Of a DNA stretch of 64,000 nucleotides, positions 34,601-45,951 are shown piece by piece. The notes under the pieces are model-generated. The model was given only the letters and a program-made list of their open reading frames with translations, did not search any database and was not told the DNA's origin. The stretch covers positions 745,820-809,819 of the forward strand of contig JAAOMT010000664.1 in the NCBI GenBank assembly GCA_016748015.1, read 5' to 3'. The translations under genes were made by a program, and so were the position numbers. Positions within the stretch are counted from its first letter, which is position 1. The number at the start of each line of letters is the position of its first letter. The DNA is from Geosiphon pyriformis uo1 (lineage: Eukaryota > Fungi > Glomeromycota).

Positions 34601-37217
34601 AATGGAGCTACCAAGGAAGACGTTCGTCAAATGAAGGAAGCAGAATACATTGAATACACTATGGAATTAGCTGAATTTGATTATGAAGATGAAGTAGAAG
34701 TCTACCACCAAATTGCAAGTCACACCTACCCGACCCAAGAAGCTCAAATTCAATGATTAGAGCAAATGAACATTAGGTTATGTGAAGAATGCATTATGCC
34801 TTGCGATGAACAATAGTGTTCTGAATGCTATGCTCTTAGTATCCCCTTGCCCAGTGAAAATAATGAAAATGAAATTGAATTCGGAGAACCTGAAGAAACG
34901 GAAGAAATTGAAACAACACCCATCTACCTTATTGAAAATCAGCCTGCCTTACAACTTAAATACTTCAACAACAACGGACAAGAAATAAAATCCGAAAAAG
35001 CACATGAAATTGATGCTGGATATGATCTAAGATATCCAGGCAAGGATACTCTTGTTCTCAAACCCAAATCTCTCACAAAAATCAACCTCAAGATTGCACT
35101 CAAAATTCTACCAGGAGCAATGGTTCAAATTGCCTCCCGGTCCTCTCTGGCAAGCAAAGGAATCAATGTCAGAAGAGAAATAATTGATGCTGGATATACT
35201 GGAGACATAACAGTGATGTTTCAAAATGAGACTGACAAACCATTCAAGATTGAACATGCTGAAAAAATTGCCCAAGCTATTTACCTACCCTTAATCAATA
35301 TTGCGGGTTTGCAACTAGTCAATCAAAGAAAACAATTAGGAAAAAGCGATAGAGGAACCCAAGGTTTTGGTTCAACTGGACGATTCACAGTTCCAGTTAA
35401 TATAGCCCTTAACACACAGAACGAATCCCACCAGATTCTCAGACTTCCACAACCGATTACCATCTCACCCTTTGGAGAACATCCAGAAATTTACACTTGT
35501 ACAAAGCCAACAACCACACAACAAATTTTTGAGTCCAATGAACAAGTCTGCTTGGAACATAATATTTTGATCCCAAACATTTATATCCCAGAAGAAACAA
35601 AGAAAGTCCGAGTTACTTTTTACAACCCCAATAATTACCCCATAATTTTATTAAATAATTTAGAAATTGAAGTTATTCACAGTAATATATTTCAACAAGA
35701 ATTACCCCAAACAGTCCCCGATTTCTCTGAAATTATTGGACATTCACTACTGAAAATCAACCCAAACTCTAGCTCTGAAAACTACCATGTTGTCATAGAA
35801 AAACTATCTCGAATCAACATGGGACAACTTGAACTACAACAACAAACCCAGCTTAAAGAACTAATTGCAGAATTTGCTAATATCTTCGCTGAAAACAACA
35901 ATGACTTAGGAAGAACTGACTTGGTTCAACACCAAATCTATACAGGAGATGCCAAACCCAGGTGACAACAAGCCTACCAAGTTGCTCCAGAAAGTCACCA
36001 ATTTATCCAAGAAGAAGTACAACGGATGCTTAACAATGGGCTTATTCAACCATCAATGAGCCCATGGGCCTCACCTGTGGTTCTAGTTAAAAAAAAAAAT
36101 GGAAAGATACAATTTTGTGTTGATTACCGACAACTCAACAGTGTCACCATTGGGGATGCCTATCCTCTTCCACGAATTGATGACATGTTGGATGCCCTTG
36201 GAAAGTCCAAATACTTTTCAACATTAGATTTAGAGAGTGGATACTGACAAGTTGCTATAGATCCCAAAAACCGCCCCAAAACAGCATTTACCACTCAAGA
36301 AGGAAATTATGAGTTCAATGTAATGTCTTTTGGATTATGCAATGTACCAGCAACATTCTAAAGACTCATGGATGTTGTTTACAAAGGCCTCCTTTGGAAA
36401 TCAGTAGTAGTTTATCTTAATGACACTGATGTTTATTCACCATCTTTTGAACTACATTTAATTCACCTGCAAGAAGTTTTTCAATGATTACGGAAAGCAG
36501 AAACTAAACATTGAAAAATGCTACTTCGGAAAGACAAGTTTAGCTTTTCTTGGTCACATTGTTAGCAAAGATGGAATTAAACCAGACCCCGGAAAAATCA
36601 GTACTGTCAAAAACTTCAAAACTCCACGAAATACCACAGAATTAAGAGGATTTATTGGATTAGCATCTTATTACCGAAAATTCATCAAAGAATTCTCAGA
36701 AATTGCAAAACCCCTCAACCAGCTTACTACAAAAAATGTCAAATACAAATGGACAAAAGAACACCAAAATGCCTTCGAGATACTCAAAGAAAAACTCACA
36801 ACAGCCCCAATCCTTGCCTACCCAGATTTCAGCAACCGATTCCGGTTAGCAACTGATGCTTCTTATACTGCCTTTGGTGCCATCCTATCACAGTTAGATG
36901 ACAATGGAAATGAGCAAGTAATTGCTTATGCTAGTAGAACATTAAAGCCAGCCGAAAAAAACTACCCCGCAACAGAATTAGAAACTGCAGCAGTAATCTG
37001 GGCCCTACATCACTTCAACCTTTACCTCAAATCCAAAAAATTCGATATTATCACTGATAATATTGGACTTAAATGGCTTCAAAACAAAAACACCCAGCTG
37101 AACGCAAAACAAACCCGATGGACAAGATTTTTAGTTAATTACCAATACATTATACACCACAAATCAGGAAAACTCCACACCAATGTTGATTGTCTCTCAA
37201 GGATGAGGCAAGATTAG
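31601..37217 (+). pseudogene. Element A Gag-Pol (N-extension, capsid, CCHC, protease, Cys-rich insert, dUTPase, RT, RNase H) with premature stops and one frameshift near 36500
   Basis: ORF fragments starting at 31601, 32333, 32723, 33422, 34436, 34847 and 36026 share one frame. Stops fall mostly at CGA>TGA and TGG>TGA/TAG sites. Confidence 0.9.
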
Positions 37218-37265
37218 AAACAAAACTAACACCCAATTGAATTAACAGCATCAAAACAACAAACA

Positions 37266-38651
37266 ATGAACCCCGAAAACTACAACAATCTCAAACAATA
37301 TTTGGAGACATTAACAATCCCAACAGATTGGTCCCCAGACGAAAAACATCAGTTACAACAACAAGCCAAACAATATTTTCTACATAACAACATTATCTAT
37401 CATCAAAATTTCAAAAACCCAACCAAACCACTCAGATTAATACAAGAACCAAAAAAAGAAACCATTTTATACAACATGCACTCGGATCCTTCATCAGCAC
37501 ACTTCGGAAAAGATAGCACCACCCAAAGAACACTAGAATACTACTTTTGGCCTTGAATGAGAAAAGACATTCATGAATATGTCGAATCTTGTGATAGTTG
37601 TCAAAGAAAAGGAGAAACTCACCCTACAGAACCTTTAAATCCAATCAAAGTTGGACAGTCTTTTGACAGAGTTGGTATTGATTTAGTCAGACCACTATCT
37701 ATCACCACTCAAGGAAACCGTTATATTGCAATAGCTGTAGACTATCTTACTAAATGGCCTGAAGCCAGAGCCATTCAATGAGCAGATGCAAAATCAGTAG
37801 CAAATTTCATCTATGAAGACATCATTTGTAGACATAGATGTCCAATTGAACTTTTATCTGATCAGAGAACACACTTTGTGAACAACCTAATACAAGAAAT
37901 TTGTGAACAATTTAATGTCAAAAGACCTCTGTTTTCACCCTACCATCCACAAACAAACGGACTTGTGAAACGTTTTAACAGAACATTGTGTGAGTCATTA
38001 GCCAAAGTCTCAACCGATTTTGAGCAAGAATGAGATCTCTTTATTCCATCAGTGTTACTAGCATATAGGACATTAAAACAAGATATCATGAAACACACAC
38101 CATTTGATTTAACTTATGGAAGAACGGCAACGTTACCAATCAGTTTTACAGTGGAAACATACCCAGCACAACCGATTAATGAAAACAATTTCCAAGAAAC
38201 GCTTCAGCGAAGAGCCTACACTCTGTTTAGCATATTGGAAGGAAAATGACAAATAGCAGCCACCCATATTGAACACTCCCAAGCTCAACAAAAAGAACGG
38301 CATGATAACAAATTGCTTTCAGTTACCAATAAATTCAAAATTGGAAACAAAGTTCTCTTACACAGAACTAAAGCTGAAAAACAATGGAGTGGAAAATTTG
38401 AAAATAAATGGAATGGACCATTCTTTATCCATGAAGTCCTAGACAATGGATCATACAAGCTAAGACTTGATGACAAAATCCTAGCAAAAGTTGCACATGG
38501 AGATCATTTGAAACACTATCATTCCAGAAACAATTCTGAACCATTAATTCCACAAATTGGTACACATTCCCCTTTGGTCAGTCCCGAAAATATTCCCCGA
38601 AACTTAGAACCAATAGTTGTCATTGAACAACCTTCCAACCTGAACACTTAA
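37266..38651 (+). pseudogene. Element A integrase ORF (own ATG), disrupted
   Basis: MNPENYNNLKQYL..HSDPSSAH..CDSC..GIDLV..LSDQ..GLV(K)RFNRTL..WNGPF..LEPIVVIE. The fragments share one frame. Confidence 0.88.
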
Positions 38652-38771
38652 TTTAATTTTTACTAGTTATTCTCTTATAATTTAGAAACAATCTTACAAA
38701 AACAAAAACAAAAATAACATAAAAACCCATACACCAAAAATAATTTTTTTATATATTTTTCAATTGTTATA

Positions 38772-39353
38772 ATGACTATTCCTCAAAACATTCAACAATT
38801 ATCCCAAAAACTAATGTTAGCTTTAAAAACAATACCCGAATTATCCATTACTGTTACTGGAAACCACATAAATTATACCCAAACAGCAGTAGTTACAAAT
38901 TCAGCCCCAAATTCACGAAAATATCACCCATATAAAAAGAACACAAGAAGTTATACTGAAATTCACCTGCCAGAACTTTTAAAGCTTGCTTTAAGAGAAA
39001 ACCTAATGCTCACTCCGATTAGTATTCCACCAAATGCTACAATTCAACAAAAACTTCAACTGTGTCTCAATGAAGAAAACACTGAATATCTTCCAATCTA
39101 TAGATATTTTCACATTGGAAAAACACTCTACGGATGGAAACTGGAACTTACAACAGCAAATCTCACAAAAGAAGCTATTCAGAAACAACTCCACAATGAA
39201 TTCAAGACAACAGCTGGATCAACAAACAGTCACTACAGGCTTAGAGCTGCTCTTAGACTTTATGACCTATTTCACACCTGTGAAAACATACTACAAAACC
39301 CAATTTTTCAACCTTTGAAGATTCAATACATTGGAAAGCTCACAGAACTGAAA
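38772..39353 (+). CDS. Element A ORF3 (env-position protein of unknown function); true C-terminus FQQFSDQISSIILDYYLEITDST* is seen at 30490-30561
   Basis: Open frame from ATG 38772. The terminal LSLIHI* is translated adapter. Homologues at 28227-27598(-), 29973(-) and about 61268-61900. Confidence 0.75.
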
Positions 39354-39372
39354 CTGTCTCTTATACACATCT
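39354..39372 (+). other. Nextera/Tn5 mosaic-end adapter contamination
   Basis: Exact CTGTCTCTTATACACATCT joining ORF3 to an internal LTR position. Confidence 0.97.
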
Positions 39373-39630
39373 AAAGTAACTACACATTTTTAGTGAGCTT
39401 CCAGACGAGCAATACCTGGGAAAGAGTTGACGTTTACTACAATGTAACTACATAAAGCAACTGGCACGGAATTGGCCATTCCACTCATAAGCCCAGCAAG
39501 TTCAAATTATAGGAGATAATTTGAAGATAAATTCAGTTACTGGAGGTTCAACCACATCCAAAAAACGTGAATTCACAGCAAATAAGTATCAACAACATTA
39601 CAGAAAAGAGACCAAAAACCTCCAGTAACA

Positions 39631-42600
39631 ATGTGTACAAGTGACTCAGAAAAGCATAAAAAGCCATCTAGGCAAATAACTGGAACAACCAAAAAGCAAT
39701 TCAAACATTATCTTTCTTCCTGAAAGGCACAGCCGACTCATGGTATCAAAGCCTAGAAACAAAACCCACGAGCTTTGCCGAATTTAAAAATGCACTTCTG
39801 GAGTATTTTAGCAACCCAAATGCTGTCAGATTGAAGTGATTGAACAAGAATACTACACTGATCCTCAGGTTTTAAATCAGTTTATTAGAGGATTAAAAAG
39901 CAGCATTTTAGGAAGAGTATGCTCTGCCCACCCTAATTCTTTACCAGAAGCCATTATGCTTGCCAAAGCCCTTGAATTGGCTGAGAAAAAAGCTAATCAT
40001 AGTCAAATAGTTAACATGGTAATGGAGAAAAATAAGACAGAAACATTAGAAAAAAGAGTAACACAATTAGAGAAAAAACTCTCTAAGAAAATAGAAAGTT
40101 ACCTCATCCCGGATCTGAGAAAAAATACATACCAATCACCCCAAAGATGCAGCCAGGAAGTCAGTGACAGTTGAAATAATTGCTTATCGCACTAGGAATT
40201 CAGAACAGAAACGCATGTTTGCCATTTTTGCAATTGCGTAGGACATTTGATTAGTCAATGTCAAACACAAATGATGCAGAAAGTACACAAAAATAATTAT
40301 TACTCACCACCCCAAATGCCCAGAAACTAGTACATGCTAATACCACACCAATATCCTACTATGTATCAAAATCAAAGAGCTTACCAGCAACAGCCCATAA
40401 TACCCAACCCAAATTGGTGTCCCAAGGCCCGAAATCAGCCCATGTGGAACCAGAATGCATTAGTTCAAAGGAATCCAAACTGCACTGGAACCAATCAGCA
40501 AACCAATCCAAACTACCAAAATTATCAACAAACTTACCTTAATATACTGGAAAATCTAATCATCGGAAACAATGACAGTAGAAACATAAACAGAACCAAA
40601 AATTCCTCTAACAAATTGAGCCAGACAATACCACCAGCAGTTGCCACCGAAGATAGCAGCCTCACAGCTATTTTTCCTTTTAAATTAAAGGAAAACGAGG
40701 CTATGTTCAGTGGAGCAGCATTGGACGAAAAATGCCCAATTACTGCTATGTATATGGAAGCCACTGTAAACAATGTCCCAATTAAACTTATCTTAGACAG
40801 CAGATCTGCTGGAAGCATCGTAATGCTTCAACTAGTAAACCAACTAGGTTTCAAAGTTAATCGTGTCATGACATCCCAAATCATAACAGCTGATGAAAGT
40901 ACAAAGCTGTCTCATGGCAAAATCAACTTATTCCCTTTTGAAATTAATGGCATAGTAATACCTACAAAAGTATTAGTAATAGATGCTACACAATATCAAG
41001 TGTTAGTAGAGAATGACTGGTTAACAAAAGCCAATGCCACCTTAAACTGGACCACTCAAAAGCTTCTGATCAATTATAATGGCCACCAGACCAGAATTCC
41101 AGCCACCTGTGGCCACTTCCAAAAACCCAGCGCCAACCAAAGACCTACCTTCGAATTTGAGAAAAATCCAGCACTACCAGCCATCGAAACCTATCAGCTC
41201 TCTTGGGCTGATAACCAAAGAACAGGACTACCAGCCATACCAACGTGGACCAGCAAAGAAAGATCCGAATAAAACCAGGTAAGTTCACAAAGAAACCACC
41301 AGCGACACAGACCAAAGTTAGAATGCTTGGTTTGCAAGAAAAAACTCTTGTCTATGACTGCATGCAGCACACTGAACAAAGACCCAAGAAACCCCACCCA
41401 CTACTATTGTAACTGTTGTAACAAAGAAAAATACAGTTACTCAGAAAGACATGGAAAATGGGATGAAGAACCATGTCTCACTTGTGGAGAACCATTACCA
41501 AGAGGGTGCAACTGAAATGACATACTAGGCAGAGGAGGAACATATAACGCAACTTGCCAATACATGATTCTCATCTGTGACTGGATAAGAGAAGGAATGC
41601 TGTTCGAAGCAGCATTCAACAGAGCATTAAAAAGACTACAGCACTACCCACACAACGAGAATGAGTTGTATAATACTGCACAAGCCAAAATAAGAGGAGG
41701 AACCACCAAAGAAATACGACATTGGAAAGAGTCAGCCAAAGTAGCCAACGAAGTCACCAGCTACAACATGTTTGACCCAGTGGACAAATTCCAGAACTAC
41801 TACCAACAACTATGCTCCACTCGACAAGAGCAAGAACAATACCTTGCCTAAATTAACACTTACTTATGTGAAAACTGTCTTATTCCATGCCAAAATCAGT
41901 GCTGTGAAGAGTGTCAAAATAAAAGAGACTTAGAAAAAAATATGGAAATTGAGAATCAGCAGTTTCAAAATCAATCAATAAATCAACAAAACTCACCTGA
42001 CAGTCCCGAGTCAAAAAAATTTGTAGCCTATACTGACCTAGAACAGGTGACTGATATCTGATACTTTGACAACAGATACTTAGGAATAATACCCAAAAGA
42101 GCCCATTTAACTGATGCCGAATTCAATCTATGTTATCCAGAAGACCAATCCACAACATTACCACCCAGGAGCATCACCAAAATTGACCTAAAAATAGTGG
42201 TTGAAATTCTGCCAGGAATAATGGTTCAAATAGCGTTGTGATCAAGTCTTGCAAAAAAAAAATAAGCATTCAAGAAGAAGTAGTTGACTCCAAATACACT
42301 GAAAATTTGATGGTTTTGCTACAAAACAATTCAGAAAAGTCTTATACCATTAATTCTAAAGAAAAAATTGCACAAGTAATTTTTCTATCATTGGTAAAAA
42401 TTGGGAAATTTGTGCCAGTAGAAAATTGTGAGGAATTGTTACAAACAATAAGAGGAACTTTTGGTTTCGGATTGATAGGAAAAAGAATTAAAGCAAATTT
42501 TGCTGAAACAATAGAGGAAAAAGGCAAAGTAATTAAAACTGAGTAGTTCATCATGCTCTTATCATATGGAAAATCAGAAATAAGAATAAAAAGAACAATT

Positions 42601-44737
42601 AAAAAAAAAGACCTAATATTTGAGCCCTACCCAGAAACTTGCCAACAGTTTCTTATAAGACTTACTAACCTTTTTATTCCAGCTAATAAAGCTTAATAGA
42701 TAAAAATTCCTATTGCAAACACCACAAAAGAACTCATTTACATTCTGGAAGATACCATCATTGGATATCTTGGAATGGAACTAGAAAATGCATCAACACC
42801 ACAAGAAATTCTAAATTTCTTAAAAATCACTTTAATAAATTGGCAACAACTATTGGAATGTTATCAATTTATGACAGAAGAATTGACCAAATTAAATATT
42901 GGAACAATGGATCCTGACTAACAGCGACAATTAAAAGCATTAATTTTAAAATACTCTGATATATTTTCACAAAATAGTGAATTTGGAAGAACCAACTTGG
43001 TTCAACACCAAATTCCTACTGGAGACACCAGACCTAAAAAACAATGCACTTATCATGTCCCACCAATGGAGCATAATTTTATCAGAAAAGAAGTCCAAAG
43101 CATGTTGGAAAAAGGAATAATACAACCATTAATAAGCCCATGGTTCTCACCAGTTGTTTTAGTAAGGAAAAAGAATGGAAAAATTAGATTTTGTGTCAAT
43201 TATTGCAAACTAAACAGCAAACCAACCAAAGACTTATACCCAATACTGTTAATTAACAAAATTTTTGACGTTTTTGGAGGAGCAAAATGGTTTTTTACAC
43301 TGGACTTGACCAGTGGGTACTGGCAAGTGGAAATGGACCCAAAGGACAGACATAAAACAGCATTCACAACACAAAATGGCAATTATGAGTTCAATGTAAT
43401 GCTATTTGGATTAACAAATGCTCCTGTGACATTCCAAAGACTAATGGACATAATTTATTCTAGAATCCTGTGGCAATCCATTGTTGTCTACTTGGATGAT
43501 ACAAATGTTTTCTCATCAAAATTCACAGATTATCTCCAACATTTACAACAAGTTTTTGAGAGATTAAGACATGCTGGACTTAAACTAAATCTAGAAAAAT
43601 GTTTTTTTGGGAAAAATGAGCTAGTATTTTTAAGACATATAGTTGGAAAAGATGGAATAAAACCAGATTCATCAAAAATAAACAAAGTGAAAAATTTTCC
43701 AGTACCTCAAAATGTTTTAGAAGTTAGAAGCTTTTTAGGACTTGCATTTTACTACCACTGCTTTGTAGAAAACTTTTCAAACATTGCCAAACTCCTTAAT
43801 TACTTACTATCTAAAAATGTAAAGTTTGGATGAACTGAAGCACAACAAAAAGCTTTCAAGTACTTTAGACAAAAGCTCATTGAATTACCAATAATGATCT
43901 ATCTGAATTTTAACAAAAAATTCATTTTGGCCACAAATGCCTCTAAAACTGGACTTGGAGCCATTCTGTCACAAAAAGATGATAATGGAAAAGAATGTAA
44001 TTACTTATGCCAGCAGAAGTCTCAGTATGGCAAAGCAAGACTACGCAGCACATAAACTTGAATGCTTAGCAGTAGTCTGGAGTTGTGTTCACTTTGATAC
44101 ATATTTATGGTACCAACCCTTTAAGATTACTACAGATCATAGAGATCTGGTCTGGTTAAATAACAAGAAAGCATTAAAAGGAAAATACGCCAGATGGTTA
44201 CAAATGTTAGCACCATACAATTATATTATTAAATACAAAGAAAGTACCAAAAATGCTAATGCTGACTGTTTGTTAAGAATAAGACACACATAAAAATCAC
44301 CAATTCACCCGCCACAACAACAATGAACAACCACCTTTACAAAAACCTCAGCCAATACTTGGAAACACTACAAATAGATGAAGAAATGCCAGTAAAAGAG
44401 CTAATTAAGCTCCAAAAATTAGCAAAACACTATTTCATCCAAAATCACATACTTTATTACTGAAATCAACAAAATCCAGATAATCCATTAAGAGTTATAA
44501 CTATGGATAAAAAAGAAACTATCTTATTTAACATGCACTCAGATATTCATTCAGGCCACTTTGGAAAAACAGCAACCATCCAATATGCAACTAGCCATTA
44601 CTATTGGCCAAAAATAAGTTCAGACATAATCCAATACATAAGAAATTGTGACTCATGCCAATGAAGAGGAGAAGCAAAAACAATGGAATTATTAAGACCA
44701 ATAAAAGTTGAACAGCCATTTGACAGAATTGGAATAG
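39631..44737 (+). mobile_element. Gypsy element B internal region (host of element A): gag, PR, Cys-rich insert, dUTPase, RT, RNase H, start of separate IN ORF; truncated
   Basis: ANNWNNQKAIQTLSFFLKGTADSWYQ; CHFCNCVGHLISQC; ILDSRSAG; dUTPase remnant 42060-42480; RT YLDD at 43489-43500; NADCLLRIRHT* ending 44293; IN ATG 44323. Confidence 0.9.
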
Positions 44738-45951
44738 GTAATGGGAAATTGTTATTGTGTGTACCTTTCAATAGTTTGATTGATTTCCCTAATGATTGGT
44801 GCAAAAACTGTAGTTTCTTGGTAAGCTAATATGTTGAAATAATTCTGTATAGAAATTTTCCCTTGTGGATTTAATGTTAACTGTTCTTCTTATGCAGTCT
44901 GTGATTTTATCATTGATGTAAAAGTTGAAGGCTAATTCTGCTGGGAAATGGTTATTGTTTAATCCTAATTGTTGGCTATACTGTTGAAACAAGAATTTGG
45001 TGAATTCTAAGTAGTTTGCTCTTATGATTTCTGATTCTGCCACTTTTGAATAATTGTTGTTGGTGCTGTTCTCTGTAGGATTATATCTTACAGAGAGCAC
45101 TAAATATTACAGATAATTATTTGAAATCTCAATTCAAATAACAAACCTATAACTTGATGCTCAGAAATTATTCATGATAATAATGATGTTGATGATAATC
45201 TGAAGGTTTTGGTAGAGTTTTTTGTATAATAAACAGAGATTCAATAGTTGTTTCAGTAGTCTCCTGGAATCGTAATTCCATCAAATTTCTTTCTTAGCAT
45301 GGTGGTCAGTAATCTTTTTGGTAAGCTATCTTCAAATCTATGAGTGTTCTACTCTTGTTTTACAGGTCTTTTACCAGTCTCTATAATGTTTGTATCTCAG
45401 CACTTAACCTTCAATCAATTAGAAAAACAAAAAATAACAAGAATAAAATAAAATAAAATAAAATAAGCCAAAGTGGTTGCAAGTTAGTATCTCATCAATA
45501 GCCATAATCAAAAGCTATTGTTCCAGTATGGTTAAGTATCAATTATTATCAACATAAAGTGTTGATAGTAGAGAGTAGATTGAGATAGTAAATAATTATT
45601 TATTGATATTTGTGATGTGGAAAATTGTTTAGATCAAATCTAAACTAAGAGGTTTTTAACTAAGGAATTTTGCTTTTTCTACTTCTAGCACTACTGCTAT
45701 ATATACATAATTGAGATTCCTCAATTCCTTAATTCTTTATACCAGAAATCCTGGAATTCTTGGAATCCTATAATTCCTTTTGAGAGGAATCCTGGAATTT
45801 TGGAATCCTGCAATTCCTTGTATGAAAATCCTGAAATTTCTGGAATCTTGCAATTCCTCTTGAGAGGAATCCTGAAATTTTATTTTTACTATGGCTACTT
45901 CTGATTGGCTAATTTATATGCTAATATATTCTCTATATTTTATAAGTAACA
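44738..45951 (-). mobile_element. Gypsy element F, 5' end: LTR 45951-45105, PBS, Gag N-extension, truncated
   Basis: TGTTAC start at 45951; GAATTC/GGATTC-rich U3; PBS T(A)GTGCTCTCTGTAAG; KVAESEIIRANYLEF..AFNFYINDKITDC matches 63590-63830. Confidence 0.85.

Larger units (their letters stand above)
30596..39630 (+). mobile_element. Gypsy element A, youngest and near full length: 5' LTR 30596-31555, PBS, Gag-PR-Zn-dUTPase-RT-RH, separate IN, ORF3, partial 3' LTR 39373-39630
   Basis: TGTTAC...TAACA LTR; PBS TGGTGCTCTCCC at 31558; Zn knuckle CHYCGISGH*KRDC; protease ILDSGSA; dUTPase AGYDL/RSS/IDAGY/IAQ/RG..GFGSTG; RT SPWASP..YLND; RNase H TDAS..ELE..TD..DCLSR; IN HHCC, D-D and GPF. LTR segments 31298-31555 and 39373-39630 differ at about 7 sites. 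Confidence 0.95.

Noticed and set aside
38313-38651. Chromodomain at the integrase C-terminus
   Set aside because: Only a GPY/F (SH3-like) module and a short tail are present; no chromodomain aromatic pattern.
39354-39372. Genuine Tn5/IS50 end or bacterial horizontal transfer
   Set aside because: It is the synthetic mosaic end used in Nextera libraries. There is no transposase or second end, and it sits at a chimeric join.
26731-45951. One large minus-strand element bounded by LTRs 45951-45105 and 27584-26731
   Set aside because: The two LTRs are visibly divergent with indels, flanks give no TSD (CATGG vs ATATA), and the LINE pieces on either side are not contiguous.
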